Below are positions 1 through 9,000 of a stretch of 64,000 bases of DNA, piece by piece. A program made the translations under genes and the position numbers. A model generated the notes under the pieces. The model saw nothing but the letters and a program-made list of their open reading frames with translations. It was not told where the DNA came from and made no database searches. Source of the DNA: a virus; the IMG/VR virus record IMGVR_UViG_3300013126_000011. One strand, written 5' to 3'. Numbering within the stretch: the stretch's first letter is position 1; every line of letters starts with the position of its first letter.

Positions 1-4
1 CGAT

Positions 5-1015
5 ATGGCAAAGCAGTTATTAAAAGAACGCTTGGGAGTTAAACATGTAATTTTGACGTGTAATGGCACTGCCGCAACATATTGTTTGGCCAAGGCGGTG
101 CAATATGTTAAGCCAAAGGCTGAAGAAGTGATTACGTCAAACAACAGTTATGTTGCATCCGTCAACAGTTTTCTGCATGATGATAAATACGATATTTTAG
201 CCTTGGATGCAGACAAAAACACTTGGAACATGGACTTATCAGCTGATTGGTTAGAAAGAGAGGGAATGCTAGCTTCAGGTGTTATTTTTGTAGTTCACAA
301 TATGGGCAATCCCGTAAATGTACCGGCGCTTCAGAGAAAGTTTCCAAATGCGTTGATTGTTGAAGATGCGTGCGAAGCTTTGTTTGGTGAATATGATGGA
401 AAGCCAGTTGGCTCTGCTGGTCTTTGTGCTTCTTTTTCTTTTTTTGCAAACAAAACAATAACCTCGGGCGAGGGAGATGCGTTCGTAACCAATGATGATA
501 CGATTGCGAAATATATTGCATCATACGTTAATCAGGGCAATACTTCAACCAGATTCGTGCATGATACGCTAGCTCATAATTTCAGAATGACGAATTTACA
601 GGCTGCAATGTTATGCGGTCAGCTTTTATCTGTCGATGAGATCCTAACATCCAAGCATGCCGTTTTTGAAGCGTATCGTGCCAAATTGAGCAGTTCAACA
701 AAGTTGAGCTATCAACAGAACGCCGAAAACACAAAAGCAGCAGAGTGGATGTTTGCAGTAAAATTAGAAAATTCTGGAACATATTTGCAGGCTGAATCTT
801 TCTTTTCAGAACGCAACATTGATATTAGACCAATGTTTTATCCGTATACTCGTCACGAACATTTGCGTTTAAATTCTAGAGTGTTCTGTCAGAAAGATGA
901 TGTAGCTAAAGAATTATCTGAAAAGGTGATTGTCTTGCCTTCATATCCGACATTGACACTTAACGAAATTGAGCATATCTGTGATACTTTACTTGAATTT
1001 GTGGAGAAATCATGA
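5..1015 (+). CDS. DegT/DnrJ/EryC1/StrS PLP-dependent sugar aminotransferase (GDP-perosamine synthase-like); probably 5'-truncated by the window edge
   Basis: Motifs NGTAA, IVEDACEA, SFSFFANKTITSGEG (PLP lysine), NFRMTNLQAA and LPSYPTL. Overlaps gmd (ATGA). Confidence 0.88.
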   Translation: MAKQLLKERLGVKHVILTCNGTAATYCLAKAVQYVKPKAEEVITSNNSYVASVNSFLHDDKYDILALDADKNTWNMDLSADWLEREGMLASGVIFVVHNMGNPVNVPALQRKFPNALIVEDACEALFGEYDGKPVGSAGLCASFSFFANKTITSGEGDAFVTNDDTIAKYIASYVNQGNTSTRFVHDTLAHNFRMTNLQAAMLCGQLLSVDEILTSKHAVFEAYRAKLSSSTKLSYQQNAENTKAAEWMFAVKLENSGTYLQAESFFSERNIDIRPMFYPYTRHEHLRLNSRVFCQKDDVAKELSEKVIVLPSYPTLTLNEIEHICDTLLEFVEKS

Positions 1016-2004
1016 GTAACAAACAAAAGCTAGCTATCATAACCGGCGTAAATGGACAAGATGGCTCTCATCTATCCGATCTTCTTTTGCAAAAAGGCTA
1101 TAGGGTTGTCGGATTGACTCGCCGCCGAGCCGTAGAGTGCGGCAGCAATCTCGAATCAGCGCTCAAAGATCCCAATTTTCAATTGGAATATGCCAACATG
1201 ACCGACTCTTCGAGTCTTTGGAATGCTCTGCATAAACACAGACCAGACGAAATCTACAATCTTGCTGCTCAATCTCACGTACATACTTCGTTTGAGGTGC
1301 CAGAAGAAACCATGAACGTTAATGCACTTGGTACGCTAAGACTTCTCGATGCAATGCGAAAGATTGTACCAGAAGCGAGATTTTATCAAGCCAGTACCAG
1401 TGAAATGTTTGGCAAAAATATTGCAGTGCCCCAAAATGAACAGAGCGCAATGCTTCCCGTTTCCCCTTATGCATGTGCAAAACTATGTGCTCATCAGCTT
1501 TGCGAAAGTTACAGAGAGGCATATGGAATGTTTATTGCGTGTGGCATTCTTTACAACCACGAGGGAGAACGTCGAGGTGAAAAATTTGTATCACGCAAAA
1601 TTACACAAGGCGTTGCGAGAATTAAACATGGGCTTCAGAACAAACTTGTACTTGGAAATTTACATGCAAAGCGCGATTGGGGTTATGCCGTAGATTATGT
1701 TAACGCCATGTACATGATGTTGCAACACGATAAACCAGACACTTTCGTAGTAGCCACCGGTATCACTCGTACTGTTTTTGATTTTGTATTGGAGACTTTC
1801 AGATGTGCTGGAATTGAAAATTGCGCGGATTATATTTCTCTCGATCCAACGCTCCAACGCCCAGCGGAAGTTCCATTACTGCTTGGTGATGCTAGTAAAA
1901 TTCAAAATGAACTTGGATGGCAACCAGAAGTGACTTTTGAACAATTGGTAGAATTAATGTATAATCATGATGAACAAGAAGTGTTGCGGTTAATTAAAAA
2001 CTAG
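1012..2004 (+). CDS. gmd: GDP-mannose 4,6-dehydratase
   Basis: Motifs ITGVNGQDGSHL, YNLAAQSHV, YQASTSEMFG, SPYACAK, GILYNHEG, FVSRKIT, RDWG. Confidence 0.96.
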   Translation: MSNKQKLAIITGVNGQDGSHLSDLLLQKGYRVVGLTRRRAVECGSNLESALKDPNFQLEYANMTDSSSLWNALHKHRPDEIYNLAAQSHVHTSFEVPEETMNVNALGTLRLLDAMRKIVPEARFYQASTSEMFGKNIAVPQNEQSAMLPVSPYACAKLCAHQLCESYREAYGMFIACGILYNHEGERRGEKFVSRKITQGVARIKHGLQNKLVLGNLHAKRDWGYAVDYVNAMYMMLQHDKPDTFVVATGITRTVFDFVLETFRCAGIENCADYISLDPTLQRPAEVPLLLGDASKIQNELGWQPEVTFEQLVELMYNHDEQEVLRLIKN

Positions 2005-2014
2005 GAGAAAAGAA

Positions 2015-2269
2015 ATGACAGAAGAGAAGACATTCAAGGTATCGGAACAGTTTGCAATGGCAATGTTGTTTGCGCTACAGAATTCGTTGGCAGAACAAAC
2101 AGACATTATGCCAGAATTGATGGGCTGGAAGCTCTTTATCAAGGACGATGAAGTTTGGATCGAGAATCCGCCTGTATTGCGCGTTTCATCAGATGCTAGC
2201 CCCTATGACGAGCAGCCAGAAGAAGTTAAGAAGGTAATGGATTCGATTCTTGTAGACTTTGAAGGGTAA
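2015..2269 (+). CDS. hypothetical protein
   Basis: ORF with an upstream AGGAG Shine-Dalgarno (SD) motif, in the operon. Confidence 0.75.
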   Translation: MTEEKTFKVSEQFAMAMLFALQNSLAEQTDIMPELMGWKLFIKDDEVWIENPPVLRVSSDASPYDEQPEEVKKVMDSILVDFEG

Positions 2270-2272
2270 GAA

Positions 2273-2527
2273 ATGCCATTTTATACGTATAAGTGTAAAG
2301 AGTGCAACAAACAATATACGGTTTCTCATGAAATGACAAAACCGTTAACTGCATGCCCGATGTGCAATGCAGATGCGCAGCAATTAATAAGAGTTCCAGT
2401 CATCAATCAAGTCAGATTGCAGAACGCTGCATCATCTACAAATCAAGATCGCAACTTGGAGATTCGACGAAAGAATTTAACATCTTATATTGAGTCAATG
2501 CGCGAGGAATTAAAAGGAAAACAATAA
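2273..2527 (+). CDS. FmdB-like zinc-ribbon protein
   Basis: MPFYTYKCKEC...CPMC pattern. Confidence 0.8.
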   Translation: MPFYTYKCKECNKQYTVSHEMTKPLTACPMCNADAQQLIRVPVINQVRLQNAASSTNQDRNLEIRRKNLTSYIESMREELKGKQ

Positions 2528-2528
2528 T

Positions 2529-2930
2529 ATGGGTTGGTTTTTTACAGTAGTTCTATTTGTTGTTGTGATTTTTTTTCTGCTTTATGTTAGAGCGCTCATG
2601 AAGCGTGTACAATCCTTAGTCTTGGGTTGGTTTTCAATTAGAGCAGAATTGAAAGATTATCAGCAACATTTAGAGCGCGTATACAAGATGCCGTCATATT
2701 ACAACGAACCGACTCTGGAAAAGCTTATCGAACATACAAAGTTTCTAGAATCTGCAATAGATGAATTTGAACATGACACATACTTGGTTGGCTTGTTTGA
2801 TCAAAAAGATGCGCTAGAGTATGATCGACAAACTTCAGAGTCCTCACAAGATGAGGAATTAGATATTGATCACAAAGAAGAGCAACAAGAAACAATCGAC
2901 AAAAGCGAAGTCGTCAGGCAAGTATACTAA
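2529..2930 (+). CDS. membrane-anchored hypothetical protein
   Basis: N-terminal hydrophobic helix WFFTVVLFVVVIFFLLYV followed by a helical acidic region. Confidence 0.7.
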   Translation: MGWFFTVVLFVVVIFFLLYVRALMKRVQSLVLGWFSIRAELKDYQQHLERVYKMPSYYNEPTLEKLIEHTKFLESAIDEFEHDTYLVGLFDQKDALEYDRQTSESSQDEELDIDHKEEQQETIDKSEVVRQVY

Positions 2931-3666
2931 CTCCGCTGGCAAGACTCCCAAAAACTATTACTTTACACAAATTCATGAAAATGCCATTATTCAATATGCA
3001 TCATCGACAAATAGAGATGAAAAGAATAAACTGTACAAAGATTTGTTACAGCCAGTATTTTCAGAGTTAGTCGACAAGATCGTATATACGTACAAGTATA
3101 CGTCACTTCCAAATATTGAAGAAAAGAAGCAAGAGTGTAAGATTTGGCTAATGACTATTCTTGATAAGTTCGATCCGGCTAAAGGTTCGAAGGCTTTTGC
3201 ATATTTTACAGTTATCACTCGTAATTGGTTTAGTCACGAACGAAAGCGTCACGTATCTCTGCTAAAGAGAGAGATGCACTATGAAGATGCTTCAAAGAAT
3301 GGTGTTGCTTTATCAGAACGCGAAGAATTGATTTCTGAATCGCTTCCGTATCTTGATAGCAGAGAACGTGACGAATTTTGGTCTACATTTTTAAAGGAAT
3401 TTGCTACTTGGGAAGATTCCGAAGAAGAATCAACCGCCAATCGCAAGAAGGTCTATGATGCCCTCAAAATTTTGTTTGACAGCAAAGAAGATATTGAAAT
3501 CTTCAATAAAAAGGCTATATATTTGTATCTAAGAGAGATCACAGGACTGAGTACCAAACAAATTGTATGTCATCTCAAAAAGTTTCGAGAGCAATATTTA
3601 GTTTGGAGAGGCATTTGGGATGAAGGGTATGAGGATTTTATCTATGACGAAGAGAATGAAATTTGA
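2866..3666 (+). CDS. phage sigma factor, T4 gp55-like (late transcription)
   Basis: KFDPAKGSKAFAYFTVITRNWF resembles sigma region 2 and the gp55 FAYFT motif; C-terminal HTH-like LREITGLSTKQI; TTG start with GAGGA upstream. Confidence 0.75.
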   Translation: MITKKSNKKQSTKAKSSGKYTNSAGKTPKNYYFTQIHENAIIQYASSTNRDEKNKLYKDLLQPVFSELVDKIVYTYKYTSLPNIEEKKQECKIWLMTILDKFDPAKGSKAFAYFTVITRNWFSHERKRHVSLLKREMHYEDASKNGVALSEREELISESLPYLDSRERDEFWSTFLKEFATWEDSEEESTANRKKVYDALKILFDSKEDIEIFNKKAIYLYLREITGLSTKQIVCHLKKFREQYLVWRGIWDEGYEDFIYDEENEI

Positions 3667-3958
3667 TTCAGGCGACCTAACCGCTAAAGCACTAAAGAAC
3701 ATTGACGATGATCGTATCAAGGTTGATGCGCTATTAAGCGATCTGATGATCCACATGAAGCAGCAGAGTCGGTTAGAACAGGGCGGCTTGGTTGCTGCCA
3801 AATATCTTGAGACTCTACAACGTTCAAATGAACAACTTATTAAAATCATTCACGGCATGCACAAGAACGATGCTGTTGCTGACGAGCCAATGACTCAAGA
3901 AGAAATTGATGCTCAATATGAAGAAATTGAACGTCAACGCGCGCTTAATCGTCAGTAA
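3656..3958 (+). CDS. hypothetical helical protein
   Basis: ORF coupled to the sigma gene; start uncertain (3644 or 3656). Confidence 0.65.
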   Translation: MKFDSGDLTAKALKNIDDDRIKVDALLSDLMIHMKQQSRLEQGGLVAAKYLETLQRSNEQLIKIIHGMHKNDAVADEPMTQEEIDAQYEEIERQRALNRQ

Positions 3959-3978
3959 ATAGAAAGCAAATAAGTCGT

Positions 3979-5124
3979 ATGGCTATTGAGGGTCGACAAG
4001 AATTCGCATATGGTGACCTAAATCCAATTGAACCGCCTATCATTCGAAGAAGAAGTGCGCCAACAAGCGCAATTAATGCTCTGGAGCGCTCTGTTCAAGA
4101 TTCGCAAACATTAGATTCTCTTAATAACACTGGAGCCTTTAAAGCGGTTGTACTTCGCGTTGAGCCAGAAGCAAATGGAGCCTCTTGGTTAAGTTGGGCA
4201 TTTTCTGACGATCCTCCAAATTTGGTCAGAATCAGAGCCAGAATTCCAGAGCTTCATGCAATGCTTCCAGAACCAAATGAATTAGAGGCTCGCGAAGGTG
4301 AAGATGCTAGAATTATTGAGATGTATCCAATATTTGAGGCTCAATCTGAAGATATAGAAGCTCCCAATGCTGGCGATATTGTCTGGGTAGACTACACTAA
4401 TAAAGTCAACGTTACTGGACCAATCTATCTAGGACCGGTACAGGGACAACCAGATGGTAATACCAACAATTTGAAAGCTGATGGTCCTGGCGGGTATACC
4501 AAACTAGATGGCAAATTTGTAGGAATCAAAGGAGTGGGCAATCAAATTTTGAATTCAATTTTTCCAGACGATCCAGATTTTGTTCCGTTGCAAGGTGTTA
4601 ATATGTCCGTTGAGTTTCAGCGATATATTTGGAATTTGGATCGTCAATTTGATAAGGTTTCTTCACAGTTATTTAAAGATTGGCCAGTTACAAGAGTTAA
4701 AGAAGAAGCTATCAAAGTATGTAAACGGCTTGGCATTGAAGATCCTGGCGCGTTTTGGACTGTAATTATGACAGAAGCTACTGGACGACCGGTTGGAGTC
4801 TATGGAAACAATTGGGAATCTGCCGTAAAAGCTCATAGCTCGGCATATGGCATTGGACAGAACACAAGAAATTCAAACTGGAAATATATGCAAGAAAAAT
4901 ATCCCGACATTGCGGGTAAAATTCCGCACGATCAGCTTTATTTGCCAGAGAACGGCATTTTGGCATGTGGTCTATATTGGAGACATATCGAGAAGTATAC
5001 CAAAGCCAACGGAGGGTACGATCTACTAACAAGTAGATTCAAGGCTTATACTGGTCGATGGAATACTGCGCAAGATAAAAAAACTGCTTATACAACGTGG
5101 AGTAAAGATATTAATGTCGCATAA
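3979..5124 (+). CDS. baseplate hub protein (gp5-like N-terminal OB-fold) fused to a lytic transglycosylase-like domain
   Basis: RIRARIPELH...PNAGDIVWVDY resembles the gp5/VgrG OB-fold. C-terminal MTEATG...SAYGIGQ...PENGILACGLYW resembles SLT motifs. Confidence 0.6.
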   Translation: MAIEGRQEFAYGDLNPIEPPIIRRRSAPTSAINALERSVQDSQTLDSLNNTGAFKAVVLRVEPEANGASWLSWAFSDDPPNLVRIRARIPELHAMLPEPNELEAREGEDARIIEMYPIFEAQSEDIEAPNAGDIVWVDYTNKVNVTGPIYLGPVQGQPDGNTNNLKADGPGGYTKLDGKFVGIKGVGNQILNSIFPDDPDFVPLQGVNMSVEFQRYIWNLDRQFDKVSSQLFKDWPVTRVKEEAIKVCKRLGIEDPGAFWTVIMTEATGRPVGVYGNNWESAVKAHSSAYGIGQNTRNSNWKYMQEKYPDIAGKIPHDQLYLPENGILACGLYWRHIEKYTKANGGYDLLTSRFKAYTGRWNTAQDKKTAYTTWSKDINVA

Positions 5125-5139
5125 CGGAGAAAGAGAAAT

Positions 5140-6075
5140 TTGACAACTCGCAAGCCAGTATTTGATATTAGTGGACTTTCGGATACTAAGAAAAGTACCG
5201 TTAATGATACAGACAATGTTGCCATTGTTACTTCTCGCGGAGTGTTCAACGATCAGTTGGTTGAACCTATTCCAAATTTCAACGAAGCGCCATGCGAAAC
5301 AGTCATTTCCGGTAAGAACAATGCATGGATCGTATTTGGTCGAGATCGACCGGCAGACCTAAAATCTGGCTACGGTGGTGAAGGTCACACGCAAGCTGGT
5401 AGTCTCGACATTGTTGTTGGCAGAGATTGTCCATCACCAAAGTTGGTAGACGAAAAGGGCGAAAAGAGAGTCGTTAATCCTGATTTTTTTCGAGATGCAG
5501 CGCGAATCCACATTAGTCAAAAAACAGATGTAGACAAGAACTTTAATTTAGTAGATGGAAATGTCGGGAACATTAAAGCTCATTCTGCCATTGCTTTAAA
5601 GGCAGATGGAATTCGAATAATTGCAAGAGATGGCGGAATTAAACTTGTTACAAGAACCGATAGATTTAATTCTCAAGGTGGAGAAGTAAAAGCAATTCGA
5701 GGTATTGAGCTTAACGCTGGAAATCAACCATCTGGCTTACAGTCAATGGTCAAGGGAGAAAATTTGGCCAGCGCCCTGAAATCAATGAATGAAAACATTT
5801 CAAAATTGACTGGAATTGTAGATAACGTTTTGACAGCCTTGATAGCGCTAGACGCTGCTCTAGCTGCACATACGCATATCTGTGCGGCTCCAGGTTCACC
5901 GACAACACCATCGGCAGACTTGGCGCCCTCGGTAGCAAAAGCGTTGTCAACATATTTGTCGGATGGTAAGATTCCACTGATTAATCAAAAGATCAATTTG
6001 GTGAATTGGTATTGGGACTATCTATCTCCAACTAGCAAAGAATATATCAACAGTCTGTACAATAAGGCTAACTAA
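5140..6075 (+). CDS. baseplate central spike-like protein
   Basis: Beta-rich IRIIARDGGIKL region and HTH(I) HxH apex motif followed by PGSPTTP; lies between the hub gene and gp25. Confidence 0.6.
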   Translation: MTTRKPVFDISGLSDTKKSTVNDTDNVAIVTSRGVFNDQLVEPIPNFNEAPCETVISGKNNAWIVFGRDRPADLKSGYGGEGHTQAGSLDIVVGRDCPSPKLVDEKGEKRVVNPDFFRDAARIHISQKTDVDKNFNLVDGNVGNIKAHSAIALKADGIRIIARDGGIKLVTRTDRFNSQGGEVKAIRGIELNAGNQPSGLQSMVKGENLASALKSMNENISKLTGIVDNVLTALIALDAALAAHTHICAAPGSPTTPSADLAPSVAKALSTYLSDGKIPLINQKINLVNWYWDYLSPTSKEYINSLYNKAN

Positions 6076-6076
6076 T

Positions 6077-9000
6077 ATGTCCAATCTAGACCCATTTGAA
6101 AATGTAGAGAAATGGACAGATCCTAGAGATAATTTTGCTCTAGCGTCAATGAATCCGGACGGTACGCCACATGTAATTACCCCGACAACAGCCCCTCAGG
6201 GTGAAACTGGTGTCACAGCGGATTGGTATTATCGAGAGCCTTGGACAGTTTGGGAACAAGATGGCAAGTGGAATATTGTAGTTTCGTCGGACAAGCAAAT
6301 TCCAAAAGAAAACGAAGAACTAGTCAATCCTCCACCACCAGAAGATGATCGCTTTGGAATTGATCTTGAAGATGATAGCACTACGACAGAATATGTCGCC
6401 TCTGGTTCTCAAGAACCGGCAACCACCGGTAAACCCGCTGGAGAAGCAGTTGAATCGGCTAAGAATCCGTTTATTGTCAAACAAGAAGCATCAGTAGAAA
6501 AGGCAAAAAATTCTTGGGATAAGTCAAAGCTCGAATTGTCCGATTTAGAACAGGAAAAGTATAAGCGCTCTGATGGAAAGGTTGTCAATCTTAGCGAAGA
6601 AATTAAGCACTTAGAGCAAGTACGCGATATTGATGTGTCGAATATGGAATCTGCAAATGCGCGTGTTCCTGTTGATGCCGATATTGTGGCAATGTATAAA
6701 GAAAAGATTGCCAAGCAAAACAAACAGATTGAGGACTTAAAGAAAAAGCGTTCTGATATTCACGAAAAAAAGATCCCGAAAGCCAAAGAAAAGGTAGCCA
6801 AGAAAGAAGCGGCATACAATCAAGCAATCAAAGATTCCAACACAAAAATAAAGCAATATATCGAAGAAAACAAGAGTCCTAGAGTCAAAGCACTAGAATC
6901 TTCTGTGCGTAAAGGTTTTCAAGCAATTCTAGATGAAGCCGGGAAGTATTACCCTCCAGATTTTTTTACGGATTACGATAAATTCGATCCATCGAATCCT
7001 GTAACTCGCTCATTAGTTTACGAAAAGGATTACAAGACCAGCGAATCTCCATTGATAAAAATGAGAGTACTAGTTGTTGCCAATAAAGCCTACGTTGATA
7101 TGTTTCCTGATAAAACAGATGCACAGGTCAATGAGGGTTTTGAGAAATATTACGAGCACGAAAAAGCTGCACGCTATAACGTTTCATATGAGCGCGCTAG
7201 ATTAAATACTGTCGTTGCGTCAGCTACAAGAATTCTTGAAGATAAACAGTATTTGTTGGATACTGGTTTTTCCGGTCGAGTAAACGGCATTAATATGAAC
7301 GATGATGCCGCTTTACTTCGAGAGATTCCGCAACACATTGAGAGTTTGATTCAAGAACAAACTAAGAATAAAATTTATGCTGATTATATGTCAAAGATGA
7401 CCAGTTTAGAAATGACTGGAGAACCGGCATATATCAATTTTTACCAGAACGAAGATCATGGATTTGTGACGTTCTCTTATGTTGTTGGCGATAGAGTCTT
7501 CTTTATGAGAAATGGGTTATCACGCTTTGCCAACCTGTCTCCGATTCAATCTAAGAAGATCATGTTCTTGTTTTATTATTTAGCTGATATTTTGGCTGAT
7601 GAAAATATGCAAGTGCTTGACTTTGTTGCGAAATATTACAGTGGCACAGAACTTCGACCATCTGATGATAAAGAAAATCCTGGCGATAATTTAGATTCAG
7701 ACTCGGAAAAATTTGACGATCTTGGTATTCGCAGAGAAAAGTTCAACAAGAATCGTAGGATTTCGAACGTAATTGATGAAGAAGAAAACAGTTATCTTCG
7801 AAGAGTCAAAGATCTTGCTTCAGCGTACAGCGACGCTATTTCGAAAATTGATATAGGCGAGCTTATTAAGGCTGCTGTAAGCTGTTTGCACCAAAAGCAA
7901 CTGGAACTCTCTTGGCCAAATCCTCCAAATTTGTTGGGCACTTGGACGTTTCCTAGTTTTGGAAAATTTGATTTTTTGGATTGGCTAGAGCGACTATCTG
8001 ATGCAGTCGATAAAGCCATTCGAGATGCGTTAGATCAGCAAGTTGTCGATATTATGAAAGAATTGATGCGACTTCTTGAAGAAGGTTGTCGCGATTCTGT
8101 TGATTATGGAAAACACAAGGCGAATGATTATCTGGTATGGCAGAAAGCCAAGGGAAATTCTTATGTCTCTAATTCCGTCGAAGAAGAAACAGGTACTCCG
8201 CTTGGAGAGATTGTATTGGCGTTAAATCATCCGGATGAAGTTGCACAAGCTAAAGCAGATCATCAAAAAGACATATATATTAATCAACCGGTAGCTGAAT
8301 TTAAGAGTGATGTTAATCAAGAAGCTCGTAATTTGCTCGATGATGTTTCAGCTACGTTGAATCCTACGAACATGTACTATATGCTCAACGGAAAACCAAC
8401 AGAAAGCACGACTATTCAAATTGTTGAGGTGGCTGACAACAAGTGGGTTGACAGTTTTGGTCACAAGTATTTGTATCTTCCAAAGCTATTAAATACCACT
8501 CAAAAATCTAAAGCTTTCTGCAAGGCTTTGCAGAAATACGTTGTACAAGAAAAGTTGTATGCGCTTGAGCAAGAAATTCAGAGTGAACCCAAAGAAGAAA
8601 CGGCTAGTTATCCACCAAAGAAGCGTTATATTTGCGGTGATAAACAATTTGTCAGCAAGAAAATAGAGCTTTACAAGAACAAGGGACTTTCTCAACAAGA
8701 AGCCGAAGAACAAGCCAATAAAGATCTTGAGCGAAACAAGCAACTGTTGATTAAGTATTCGGATATGTTAAAGAATCCGAATCGCAAACTTGTAACGCCA
8801 GTGTTGATGGACAAAAAGAACGAAGATGGCTCCGTAATAAAAGGCGTAATTTCATCAACACCCCCTGAACTGATGTACAGTGTTGAGAAAGTAATGGAGC
8901 CGATTTTCAAGTATGTCGTTGAAGAGTTGGTACAAGATACGCGCAAGTATTTTAATGCGACGATGGCTGTGACAAATCCACAAGAAATTGCAGAACTAAT

